Shown piece by piece: positions 48,030-56,700 of a stretch of DNA of 64,000 bases (position 1 is the first letter of the stretch; each line of letters starts with the position of its first letter). Below the pieces are notes generated by a model. It was not told where the DNA came from and did no database searches. It saw only the letters and a program-made list of their open reading frames with translations. The DNA lies in contig JBAZWC010000001.1 in assembly GCA_041660565.1 (NCBI GenBank), positions 174,481-238,480 on the forward strand, read 5' to 3'. The position numbers and the translations under genes were made by a program. Source of the stretch: Patescibacteria group bacterium. Its GTDB lineage: Bacteria; Patescibacteriota; UBA1384; CAJBMM01.

Positions 48030-48062
48030 TGGCCGTCGGAAAGTTCGACGGCCATTCATTTT
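48030..48062 (+). terminator. Rho-independent terminator
   Basis: tggccgtcg-gaaagtt-cgacggcca 9-bp stem followed by ttcatttt. Confidence 0.5.
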
Positions 48063-48077
48063 ACATATTTTTAGTTA

Positions 48078-48108
48078 GTTCAGGTAATAAACTATTTCCG
48101 GTCATATC
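48078..48108. repeat. Left copy of an about 30-bp direct repeat duplicating the last codons of gpmI (pseudo C-terminus MTGNSLLPELTKNM* on the minus strand)
   Basis: ttcaggtaataaactatttccggtcatatcc versus 49228-49258 ttcgggtaataaactatttccggtcatatcg. 26-bp exact core. Confidence 0.55.
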
Positions 48109-48153
48109 CGGTCATAATATTCGGGGTCTAATTTGGTTTAGCCGTGGCGCATC

Positions 48154-48182
48154 TTGACATATCTCAAAATATATGCTACAAT
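48154..48182 (+). promoter_or_regulatory. Sigma70 consensus promoter TTGACA-17-TACAAT for the 48506-48937 cassette
   Basis: ttgacatatctcaaaatatatgctacaat. Same 17-nt -10 block as the SLT promoter at 24287. Confidence 0.5.
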
Positions 48183-48505
48183 ACAGTATAACAATTAGGC
48201 TAGGCTCAAACTTAATCTAATCGTGACTGGACATTAACAACTATATATACCGCCTCAAGAGAGGATAAATCGTGCACAAGCATCGTGTAACGCTTTGTTC
48301 TCTCTCGAGGCGGTAACTCCCGCCCGAACGGCCGTGGCAGGTTGAATAAGTTTCATTCTGACGCCGAATGCTACGGGGAATGCCCTTTAAGGGCCACTAG
48401 GACGGGAGCATGTGGCGCTCCCAAATCCGATTTCATCCAGAATCTCTGGGAAAGCGGAATCACACGCCACAATCAGTTTTTCAGCCCCTGGGAGGGGGCA
48501 AAATA

Positions 48506-48937
48506 GTGGAAACGAAAACCCTGGCGAACGCAGTTGACGAGTTCGCCGAAATGGCGGCACGAGCAAGCGCGCCGCCTGTAGTGAAACCCGAGCCGATCTG
48601 GCTTGTGTGCCTCGAGTCCATGTTCGGCAGCGCCGCAATCGGCACCGCCGAGATCGTCGAGCGACTCCGGGCGGAGTTCTCTGTCCGGGAGCTGGACTTC
48701 AGAGGCACGTGCCGTGGGTGTACCCCCGACGTGTCGTTTAGCGAGGGATACTACTCCACTGTGCACGGTGAGATGGAGTACTACCGGTGGAGTACCCTTC
48801 GAATCGGCGACGAAGTCGATTACGACGGCCGCACATGGGTCGTCGTTCACAATGTGGGGAAGAGTGGCAACATGTGCTGCCCCGCCACTCACAAGCTAGT
48901 TCTTGTCCCTGTCGATGAACTCCATGGCAGGGCCTAG
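48506..48937 (+). CDS. GC-rich hypothetical Cys-containing protein (143 aa)
   Basis: GTG 8 nt after a gggaggggg SD. The listed ORF extends to ATG 48410 without a comparable SD. A roughly 320-nt structured leader precedes it. Confidence 0.5.
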   Translation: METKTLANAVDEFAEMAARASAPPVVKPEPIWLVCLESMFGSAAIGTAEIVERLRAEFSVRELDFRGTCRGCTPDVSFSEGYYSTVHGEMEYYRWSTLRIGDEVDYDGRTWVVVHNVGKSGNMCCPATHKLVLVPVDELHGRA

Positions 48938-49028
48938 GCACCCCGAGGGAGGACGGCAGTACGCCGTCCCCCTCCTATCCCAGAATTCACTAGTTCTCTA
49001 ATGAATTGTGGTGGTGGGAATAGATTAA

Positions 49029-49068
49029 AAACAAACAACCCTGTCTAATTTGACAGGGTTGTTTGTTT
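49029..49068. terminator. Strong bidirectional hairpin terminator (17-bp stem) between cassette I and gpmI
   Basis: aaacaaacaaccctgtc-taattt-gacagggttgtttgttt, with T-rich sequence on both sides. Confidence 0.55.
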
Positions 49069-49138
49069 ATCTGAGCCCAATATTCTTGTTAGATGAGATG
49101 AACGGGACGATAACTGTATCCTAACGGTTCATGCTAAC

Positions 49139-49205
49139 GGGAGGACATCCTCCTTCGCGCAAGGCTACGGGAGGACATGTGAGTCCTCCCCTACGTAGGT
49201 CGTAA
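49139..49205. repeat. GC-rich tandem-hairpin repeat, copy b
   Basis: gggaggacatcctcc ... cgggaggacatgtgagtcctcccctacgtaggtcgtaa. Confidence 0.5.
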
Positions 49206-49213
49206 AACCCAAT

Positions 49214-50836
49214 TTAACTTTTTGTGAGTTCGGGTAATAAACTATTTCCGGTCATATCGGCCGGTTTGGGTAGGCCTAGAAGCTCCAGAACCGTTGGAGC
49301 AACGTCTGCCAGCGTGTGCTCGGATTGCATAATATCAGCTAAAATATTTTGTTGATCCGGGGTTGTAGCGGGAGCAGATAAAGTGTGATCTCGGCTAATC
49401 ATAATAAACGGCACCGGATTAACTGTGTGCATAGTTTCAGTTTTTTGATCTCGATGGAGACCGATCATTTGTTCTGCATGACCATGATCAGCGGTAATTA
49501 ACACTACATTATTTTGATTTAAGGCCAGCTCAATTACCCGTTTTACCTGTTTATCAATCACTTGAACGGCAACCGAGGTGGCGGTGATGTCACCGGTATG
49601 GCCGACCATATCTACATTGGCGTAATTTGCCACAATAAATTGATACTTTTGCTCTTTCATATTTGCCAGTAACTTGTTGGTCATTGGCTCCGCCGACATT
49701 TCCGGCGCCTGATTATAAGTAACCACATCTGGCGATGGCACAATAATGCGGTCTTCACCCGGATACGGTTCTTCGCGGCCACCGTTAAAAAAGAAGGTAA
49801 CGTGAGCATATTTCTCACTTTCGGCAATGTGGAATTGCTTGAATCCGGCCTCAGAAATAAGTTTACCAAGGGTGTTTTGAATTTGGATTGGCTCAAAAAG
49901 TACCGGCATTGGAACTGGCAAACGATAGCTGGTAATTCCGGCGTAAAAGATATTTTTGGGTGGTTTAAAAAATAATCCCAATTTTTGTTCACCCAGAAAT
50001 ACCTTGGCCAATTGTCTAGACCTGTCGGCGCGGAAGTTAAAACAAACAACAGCATCGTTATCGTGGACCGTGTAAATCTGGTTATTATCAGTAATTACGC
50101 ATGATGGGAAAAATTCATCCTCAAACCCTTTGCGATACATAGTTGATATCGCTTGCTCAGCTGTTGGAAATCTTTCACCAATTCCATCTACCATCGCTTT
50201 ATACGCTACGGCTGTTCTGGACCAATGGTTGTCTCTGTCTAGCGAATAAAACCGACCGACAATCGAGGCAATTTTACCCAGATTATTAGTCTTTAATTTG
50301 TTCTCTAATTGGCTAATAAAATTAAATGCCGAGGTGGTGCCGCTGTCACGACCATCAAGAGTGATATGAAAATAAGTTTTAGTGATGTTATTCTTTTTGG
50401 CGAAATCGGCTAACGCAAGAGCGTGATCGATGTGTGAGTGCACGCCACCATCTGATAGCAAGCCGTAGATATGTAGCGCTGAATCATATTTTTTGATTTG
50501 CTCATTAATTTTTAACAACGTTGGATTGTTCATAAACGATCCGTCATTGATAGAATTTCCAATGCGAGTCATATCTTGAAACACCACTCTACCGGTGCCG
50601 ATACTAGAGTGCCCGATCTCGGAGTTCCCTACTTTTCCACTTGGTCCGACCACCTTTTTGAATGCTTGCAAAATTGTATGAGGATATGTGCGCCAATACA
50701 AATTCATAATGTCGGGGTTGTTCATAGTGATGGCGTTGCCGCCCCAACTAGGACTAATCCCCCATCCATCTAAAATTAGCAATACAACTGATTGGGCTGT
50801 TTTTGGATTGTTTGGCATATAATTATTATATATCAA
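49214..50836 (-). CDS. gpmI: 2,3-bisphosphoglycerate-independent phosphoglycerate mutase
   Basis: LLILDGWGISPSWGGNAI N-terminal metalloenzyme motif, 540 aa. Confidence 0.85.
   Translation of the reverse strand: MIYNNYMPNNPKTAQSVVLLILDGWGISPSWGGNAITMNNPDIMNLYWRTYPHTILQAFKKVVGPSGKVGNSEIGHSSIGTGRVVFQDMTRIGNSINDGSFMNNPTLLKINEQIKKYDSALHIYGLLSDGGVHSHIDHALALADFAKKNNITKTYFHITLDGRDSGTTSAFNFISQLENKLKTNNLGKIASIVGRFYSLDRDNHWSRTAVAYKAMVDGIGERFPTAEQAISTMYRKGFEDEFFPSCVITDNNQIYTVHDNDAVVCFNFRADRSRQLAKVFLGEQKLGLFFKPPKNIFYAGITSYRLPVPMPVLFEPIQIQNTLGKLISEAGFKQFHIAESEKYAHVTFFFNGGREEPYPGEDRIIVPSPDVVTYNQAPEMSAEPMTNKLLANMKEQKYQFIVANYANVDMVGHTGDITATSVAVQVIDKQVKRVIELALNQNNVVLITADHGHAEQMIGLHRDQKTETMHTVNPVPFIMISRDHTLSAPATTPDQQNILADIMQSEHTLADVAPTVLELLGLPKPADMTGNSLLPELTKS
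49228..49258. repeat. Right copy of the about 30-bp direct repeat (the authentic 3' end of gpmI)
   Basis: Encodes DMTGNSLLPELTKS* on the minus strand. Confidence 0.55.
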
Positions 50837-50859
50837 ACCAATGAAAATGACTAAACCGA

Positions 50860-52443
50860 CTAACTTTCGGAACTTTGCGAAATTAAACTATTAAGTACCA
50901 TTGTTTTTGGTTTAATGATTCCGATAATTTGTAACACAGTTGGGGCTACATTACCCAAACATCCACCTTCAACAAGCTGTATTTTGGCCAATTCGTGATC
51001 CTTTGTGGCAACAATAAGCGGTACCGGATTGTTGGTATGCTCGGTATCTGGCAGACCAGATTCTGGATTCACCATCTCCTCTGCGTTTCCATGATCAGCG
51101 GTTACTACCATCGTTCCATTCACTTTTTGTACCGCTTTCCAAATTTGGTCTATGCATTTGTCTATGGTTTCTACTGCAGTAATGGTGGCACGAATATCGC
51201 CCGTGTGGCCTACCATATCGGCATTGGCAAAGTTAATAACATAAAAATTGTATTTATTGGCGTTTAATTGCTCAAGAATTGCTTTAGTGATAGGTTTAGC
51301 AGACATTTCTGGCGACTTGTTGTAGGTTGCAACCTTAGGTGACGGGATTAATAATCGATTTTCCGAAGCGACCGGCGACTCCGCGCCACCGTTAAAGAAA
51401 TAAGTCACGTGAGCGTACTTTTCGGTTTCTGCAACGTGAAACTGATGTAATCCAGCCTCTGCAACACATTCAGCCAGTGATTTATCCACTGGTTCGGGAT
51501 TAAACGCAACAGATACCGGTAAGCCGGTTTGATATGAGGTAAAAGTGATGATATTTAGTTTGGGAATGCTCGATTCTTTTTTAAACGCGGCATCTTTCTG
51601 GCAAAACGCTTTAACTATTTGTCTCATTCGGTCTGAGCGAAAGTTATAGCAAATCACTAAATCTCCGTCAGACATTTTGGTCAGATTTTCTTTTTTATCT
51701 CGTACCACCATTGGTTCGATAAATTCGTCGATGATACCTTCTTTGTAGCTTTTCGAAATGGCGTCCACCGGATCATCAACCATCTTGCCTTGCCCAAACA
51801 CCATGGCTTGATACGCTTTCTCGGTACGTTCCCATCTATTGTCTCGGTCCATGGCGTAATATCGCCCACTTATGGTGGCTAAATGGGCATTACTGTGGTT
51901 ACTTTTAAGAAATTGCTCCAAATGTCTAACAAACTGAATTGCGCTAGTTGGCTCGGTGTCACGCCCGTCTGTTAGCGCATGAATTGCTACTTTTTCCGCT
52001 TTTAATATCTTACATAGCTCGATTAGGGCAAATAAATGATTGATGTGACCGTGTACTCCTCCATCAGATAAAATTCCCACCAGATGGATGGTTTTCTTTG
52101 CTTTAATGGCTTTTACGATGCCATCAACTAAAACTGGGTTAGAAAAAAAGTGACGATTTTTAATTTCATCATCAATTAGCGGTAAAAATTGTTTCACTAC
52201 CTTTCCGGCGCCGATATTTAAGTGGCCGACTTCGGAATTTCCCATTACCCCACGAGGCAAACCAACGGCCTGCTCGGACGCTTTGAGCTGAGTGTGAGGC
52301 ATAGTACGCCACAGATCGTTCATCACCGGAGTTTTGGCCATGGCAATCGCATTTCCACCCCAAGACGGCGCGATTCCCCATCCGTCTAAAATGATTAGTA
52401 ATAGCGGCAAATGTTGAAATTGCTCTTTAACCGGTTCTGCCAA
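50860..52443 (-). CDS. gpmI: 2,3-bisphosphoglycerate-independent phosphoglycerate mutase, tandem paralog
   Basis: LLIILDGWGIAPSWGGNAI. 527 aa. About half the residues identical to the adjacent copy, estimated by eye. Confidence 0.85.
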   Translation of the reverse strand: MAEPVKEQFQHLPLLLIILDGWGIAPSWGGNAIAMAKTPVMNDLWRTMPHTQLKASEQAVGLPRGVMGNSEVGHLNIGAGKVVKQFLPLIDDEIKNRHFFSNPVLVDGIVKAIKAKKTIHLVGILSDGGVHGHINHLFALIELCKILKAEKVAIHALTDGRDTEPTSAIQFVRHLEQFLKSNHSNAHLATISGRYYAMDRDNRWERTEKAYQAMVFGQGKMVDDPVDAISKSYKEGIIDEFIEPMVVRDKKENLTKMSDGDLVICYNFRSDRMRQIVKAFCQKDAAFKKESSIPKLNIITFTSYQTGLPVSVAFNPEPVDKSLAECVAEAGLHQFHVAETEKYAHVTYFFNGGAESPVASENRLLIPSPKVATYNKSPEMSAKPITKAILEQLNANKYNFYVINFANADMVGHTGDIRATITAVETIDKCIDQIWKAVQKVNGTMVVTADHGNAEEMVNPESGLPDTEHTNNPVPLIVATKDHELAKIQLVEGGCLGNVAPTVLQIIGIIKPKTMVLNSLISQSSES

Positions 52444-52461
52444 ATTCCCCTCCTAAAAACC

Positions 52462-53505
52462 TTATATCAATTTTTTCTTTAAATTCTCGATTCGGTCCAT
52501 TTCCACCGGATCTTCGCCGTTTAATAACGCCAAATAATAGCTTACATAATCACCAAAAATAATCTGCGCCAACATTAGCCCTAATTTTGAATTGATTTGA
52601 TCGAATGTCGGGTTTAACACCAAAGCACCGGCGGCGCTAAACTCATCGCCGACCAATTTAACGCGCTTGCGATTTTGGGGATGATCAAAATGGGAATCTA
52701 AAAAGATGACAGCCGAAGATTTGACAATATCCAATGGCAATTTATATCCCAAATACATGTTGTGGCACATCTCTGGCATTGGTTCAATAAATGCCACAAT
52801 TTTGGCATTTTCGTTAAGCTGGCCTTTCCAACGCGTGCCAACGGCAAACGAAAATCCGCTACCAACCACAAAAACCATTTTATCAACTAGCTTTTGGGCA
52901 AATTCTGCTGTTTCGGCTTTCATTTTTTCTACCGGCCAATGGGCTAGCACCTCGGTTACGGCGCCATCAATTAATGTCTTTGGATTATCTGAATCAGGCA
53001 AAAAATGCGCCTTGAGCATTACCCCATACGCGATACCAAGCGTGTATGGCAGACCTACTCGGGGAGCTACCGGATACGTAAATTGCAACAGTGAAATATG
53101 GTATTGTTTTGCCCATTCTGCCAGTTTGCCACCGGTGGTAATGCAAACCATTGGGCAACCAAGTGCGCGCGCTTCCTCTGCCGCCGACAGCGTTTCTTCG
53201 GTATTACCGGAGAAGCTGGTCACACACACCGCATCGGTTGCGTTAACGTATGGAGGTAAATGATAGTCAGATACTACCTCAACCGGCACCTTGCCATCGG
53301 TTTTGGCTAAAGTCGAAAGAATTGTATATCCCATTCCAGACCCGCCCATACCTAGGCCAATCACCCTTTTGGCGTTCATAAATTCTTTAGTTGGCTCAAA
53401 ACCATAACCAATTTGTGCCGCTTTTTTAAACTCCGGTAGAAATTCATCGATTCGCGCCAGCATATTGCTGGAATCGTGTTTTTGGGCAAGAGAGTCGTAG
53501 TCCAT
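52462..53505 (-). CDS. SIS-domain bifunctional phosphoglucose/phosphomannose isomerase-like protein
   Basis: GLGMGGSGMGYTIL and SFSGNTEETL SIS signatures. Confidence 0.6.
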   Translation of the reverse strand: MDYDSLAQKHDSSNMLARIDEFLPEFKKAAQIGYGFEPTKEFMNAKRVIGLGMGGSGMGYTILSTLAKTDGKVPVEVVSDYHLPPYVNATDAVCVTSFSGNTEETLSAAEEARALGCPMVCITTGGKLAEWAKQYHISLLQFTYPVAPRVGLPYTLGIAYGVMLKAHFLPDSDNPKTLIDGAVTEVLAHWPVEKMKAETAEFAQKLVDKMVFVVGSGFSFAVGTRWKGQLNENAKIVAFIEPMPEMCHNMYLGYKLPLDIVKSSAVIFLDSHFDHPQNRKRVKLVGDEFSAAGALVLNPTFDQINSKLGLMLAQIIFGDYVSYYLALLNGEDPVEMDRIENLKKKLI

Positions 53506-53555
53506 AATTCATCTCCTAATTATAGGATAAGCATAGCACAATAATTACCCCGATT

Positions 53556-53592
53556 CCAATTGGATTAATTGGAGTGATTTTGGTAAATTGGT
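53556..53592 (-). promoter_or_regulatory. CCAAT array upstream of the SIS-isomerase gene promoter
   Basis: Minus strand reads CCAATttaccaaaatcactCCAATtaatCCAATtgg. Confidence 0.35.
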
Positions 53593-53601
53593 TAGAAATT
53601 A

Positions 53602-53629
53602 TTGTAAAATTGCCGTTTTCTGGTATAAT
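53602..53629 (+). promoter_or_regulatory. Promoter TTGTAA-16-TATAAT with TGn extended -10
   Basis: ttgtaaaattgccgttttctggtataat, then a gggaggag SD. Confidence 0.45.
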
Positions 53630-53673
53630 TTGGACTAGTCATAGCACCACCACAACTTAACTCCCGGGAGGAG

Positions 53674-54510
53674 ATGATGGAAACGGTTAGGCCGCATCGC
53701 GAAATCTGCGTCACCGGTACAAAAACGATCGATCAGCTTTTCAAGGTCGCCGCTGAGTTTGTAAAGGCTCGGGCGGTTCGCGCATGTGCTACATCGAGCT
53801 TGATCGATCAAAGACTCGTAATTGGCGTGTTAGCCAGCTCAAAGACATTGCGGGGTCTGGCAAACCACTGGCCAATGCGGTATCCACGATGCGACACACT
53901 GAAGAGGTTGTTTGCCCTGGGCTGTCATGCTGCTGAAATGCGGTTGCATCTGAACATCTCTGACACGGATCGGCTGGTAGAGGAAGTCGAGTTGGCACAT
54001 TGGATGTGCGGCGAAAGGCTGTCCGGTATCCAGCTGAATATGTGCTGGCCGCCGGAGTACTTGCTCACGGAGCTGCACCGGAGGCGGCCGGAAACGGATC
54101 TGCTGTTGCAGATTGGCGCGAACGCGTTACTCGAGTTCGAGGCGACGCATGGTGGCGCCATCCCGTTCTATGACGTTAAATGCATTGTTGCCCGTGTTGG
54201 GCAGTACGGCTCCAGCATTAATCGGGTATTGCTTGACCCGAGTGGTGGTTGCGGCGTCCCGATGAATGTGGACCGCCTGCGACCGGTTGTCGAGGGGTTG
54301 AACCACGCATTCCCCAACCTAGGCATCGGAGTTGCCGGTGGGCTGTGCGCCGAGACACTGCTGTCCATCGCGCCGCTGATCGAAGCCTGTCCAACGCTGA
54401 GCATCGATGCCGAGGGGCGTCTGCGCAATCCGGACACCGACGAGCTGGATATGGGCCGTGTCGAAGGCTATCTGACCGCAGCTTTCGACCTGTTCTACCC
54501 TCAAGCGTGA
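53674..54510 (+). CDS. GC-rich TIM-barrel protein resembling phosphoribosylanthranilate isomerase (TrpF-like)
   Basis: N-terminal REICVTGT resembles KICGIT. LLDPSGGCG and IGVAGGLCAETLLSI align with TrpF GGtG and lAGGLnpeNV blocks. The match was made by eye. Confidence 0.45.
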   Translation: MMETVRPHREICVTGTKTIDQLFKVAAEFVKARAVRACATSSLIDQRLVIGVLASSKTLRGLANHWPMRYPRCDTLKRLFALGCHAAEMRLHLNISDTDRLVEEVELAHWMCGERLSGIQLNMCWPPEYLLTELHRRRPETDLLLQIGANALLEFEATHGGAIPFYDVKCIVARVGQYGSSINRVLLDPSGGCGVPMNVDRLRPVVEGLNHAFPNLGIGVAGGLCAETLLSIAPLIEACPTLSIDAEGRLRNPDTDELDMGRVEGYLTAAFDLFYPQA

Positions 54511-54520
54511 TCAACACACT

Positions 54521-54556
54521 GCCGCCTTGCCCGGTTCGGGTAAGGCGGCTTAAATT
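54521..54556 (+). terminator. Rho-independent terminator
   Basis: gccgcctt-gcccggttcgggt-aaggcggc followed by ttaaatttat. Confidence 0.55.
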
Positions 54557-54609
54557 TATCTATTGCATAAGAAAATCTTATCCTTTACCATAAAGTAAAG
54601 GAGAAAAAT

Positions 54610-54840
54610 ATGTTTTATCGACACCCACGGGAAAAGAACTTTTTGGATGTGGCCATGGCGTTTATCGTCGTTGGTGCGTTCATTTTAACCTACGGAATTA
54701 TCCAATGGGGAGTAAACGTTGGCAATTCCGAGGTTGTGTACAATTTGCCATCGGAGAAAATCATTGGTGGCTTGGTGGTAATGGGTTTGGGCTACATTCA
54801 ATTGCAATTAGAACTGATCCGATCTCGCAATAACAAGTAA
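54610..54840 (+). CDS. Small membrane protein (76 aa)
   Basis: aaaggagaaaaat SD. Two hydrophobic helices. Confidence 0.4.
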   Translation: MFYRHPREKNFLDVAMAFIVVGAFILTYGIIQWGVNVGNSEVVYNLPSEKIIGGLVVMGLGYIQLQLELIRSRNNK

Positions 54841-54878
54841 AGTGTGCTAAAATACACTCAAATTGTTAAATATATATT

Positions 54879-55619
54879 ATGAGACTAAATCGATACATCG
54901 CCTCATCTGGTTTATGTTCGCGACGCAAGGCAGACGAGCTTATTCAATCTGGCAAAGTTCGAGTTAACGGTGTAATATCCGAAGATTTTGTGGATGTTAA
55001 TGTTGGTAGCGATAAGATTGAGTATTTGACTGCGCCAAATGTTTGGGCTGAGCTAAAATTAGATCAAGAATTGGTGGTTTATGCCTTAAATAAACCGCTG
55101 GATTACGTTTGTAGCGCATTAGATGCTCACAACGCCAAATTAGTGATAGATTTGGTGCCAAAAACCGCACGCGTCTTTCCGGTTGGCCGGCTAGATAAAG
55201 ATAGCACCGGCCTGCTATTACTGACCAATGATGGAGATTTGACCAACAAACTGACTAGTCCGGCACAGCATATTCAGAAAACGTATTTGGTTAAATGTCA
55301 TATTCCGCCAAACTATAATCGGTCGCAACTCAAGCTAAACTTAAAGAAGCTATCTACCGGCATTGTTTTAGATGGATATCCTACCCTGCCGGCAAAAATT
55401 AAGCTAAGAGAAGAGCTGAATGATGACCACATCTTGTTTGAGATGACGTTATTTGAGGGGAAAAACCGACAAATTCGCCGAATGTGTCAAAAAATCGGAT
55501 TGAATGTGGTTGAGCTTTCGCGCGTATCGATTGGCGGGCTTCAGTTATCCGACCTTAAAATTGACGTGGGGCATTATATTAAGTTAAACAATAATCAAAT
55601 TAAACTATTATTGAAATGA
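54879..55619 (+). CDS. RsuA/RluB-family pseudouridine synthase with S4 domain
   Basis: MRLNRYIASSGLCSRRKADELI S4 motif, GRLDKDSTGLLLLTNDG catalytic Asp. Confidence 0.75.
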   Translation: MRLNRYIASSGLCSRRKADELIQSGKVRVNGVISEDFVDVNVGSDKIEYLTAPNVWAELKLDQELVVYALNKPLDYVCSALDAHNAKLVIDLVPKTARVFPVGRLDKDSTGLLLLTNDGDLTNKLTSPAQHIQKTYLVKCHIPPNYNRSQLKLNLKKLSTGIVLDGYPTLPAKIKLREELNDDHILFEMTLFEGKNRQIRRMCQKIGLNVVELSRVSIGGLQLSDLKIDVGHYIKLNNNQIKLLLK

Positions 55620-56575
55620 TGCACAAACTCTTGCTTGTAATATCCGTATTCATAACCGCCTTTATTAGCCCGGCGGTTTCATCGCATTTTGATCAACGTA
55701 TGATTATCAAAACGCCGGTTATTCATATTAATCCCCCTATAATCTCTACACCGGCAATTATTCCGACTCTGGGTAAACTAGATACCTTATCAATTTTAGC
55801 CCAGAGTTATTTGGTGTATGAGCCGTCAACTGCCACCGTGCTGGTTGAAAAAAACGGGTACACTAAAAGACCAACCGCCAGTACTATCAAAATTATGACC
55901 GCGGTTTTGACCATCGAAAACAAGAAAATGGAGGAAGTAATAACGGTTTCGCCTCTTGCCGCGTCTCAACCGGGGTCAACTGCCGGGCTTAAAGCGGGTG
56001 AAAAAATTACGGTTGAAAACGCGCTTTATGGGTTATTATTAAATTCGGGCAACGATTGCGCCTGGGCGTTGGCTGAATACGTTGGGGGTACCGAAGAGCG
56101 TTTTGTCGAGATGATGAATGTGCGGGGCAAAAGTCTTGGCCTAACCACGTTTCATGCTAACGACCCGGCCGGATTAGATGAGTCAGCCACAACCGGCACC
56201 TACGCTTCCCCGTTTGACATTGCCAAACTGCTTAGCTATGCCATGAAATATCCGGCTTTGTCAAAAATTATGACCACAAAGAACTATACTCTTTATAATA
56301 CCAGTGGGAAGAACGCTCGCATTTTATTAAACTCGAATCGATTTATTCAAAATGATGACAATCGCATTATTGGGGGCAAAACCGGTACCGGGTCAAATAT
56401 CAGTGTTGGGGGTGCCGGTCACGTGCTGGTAGTAGCGGCAAAACAAGACGGATACACCATCATTGCCATTGTGGACGGTACAACCATAGACAGTAATACT
56501 GCGTCATATGACCAGCTGAAGATACTGCTAGATTTTACATTTGCCAACATTGTTCCAACCACCAAAACTTGGTAA
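55616..56575 (+). CDS. D-alanyl-D-alanine carboxypeptidase (PBP5/DacA-like serine peptidase S11)
   Basis: STIK (SxxK), SGN and KTGT motifs in order. Confidence 0.75.
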   Translation: MMHKLLLVISVFITAFISPAVSSHFDQRMIIKTPVIHINPPIISTPAIIPTLGKLDTLSILAQSYLVYEPSTATVLVEKNGYTKRPTASTIKIMTAVLTIENKKMEEVITVSPLAASQPGSTAGLKAGEKITVENALYGLLLNSGNDCAWALAEYVGGTEERFVEMMNVRGKSLGLTTFHANDPAGLDESATTGTYASPFDIAKLLSYAMKYPALSKIMTTKNYTLYNTSGKNARILLNSNRFIQNDDNRIIGGKTGTGSNISVGGAGHVLVVAAKQDGYTIIAIVDGTTIDSNTASYDQLKILLDFTFANIVPTTKTW

Positions 56576-56579
56576 CGGA

Positions 56580-56700
56580 GTAAGCACGAAACTCGAAATA
56601 CGGAGCACGAAACAAGCACCAAAATCTCAAATCACAATTTTTAATTTTTAAATTTCGGATTTATAATTTGTTTCGAATTTCGAAATTAGTGCTTCGAGTT
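56580..56700. repeat. Long imperfect inverted repeat of AAGCACGAAA / TTTCGAAATTAGTGCTT units between convergent genes (GTGCTTCGA family copy 3)
   Basis: Left arm aagcacgaaactcgaaat..agcacgaaacaagcac pairs with right arm tttcgaatttcgaaattagtgcttcga. Right arm overlaps the rnc stop. Confidence 0.35.

Noticed and set aside
48473-48892. Long antisense ORFs inside GC-rich cassettes (e.g. 48473-48892, 48481-48708, 53789-54437, 54218-54517, 20666-21010, 23333-23836)
   Set aside because: High GC removes stop codons on all frames. These overlap better-supported sense ORFs that have SD sequences, promoters and terminators, and none has its own SD.
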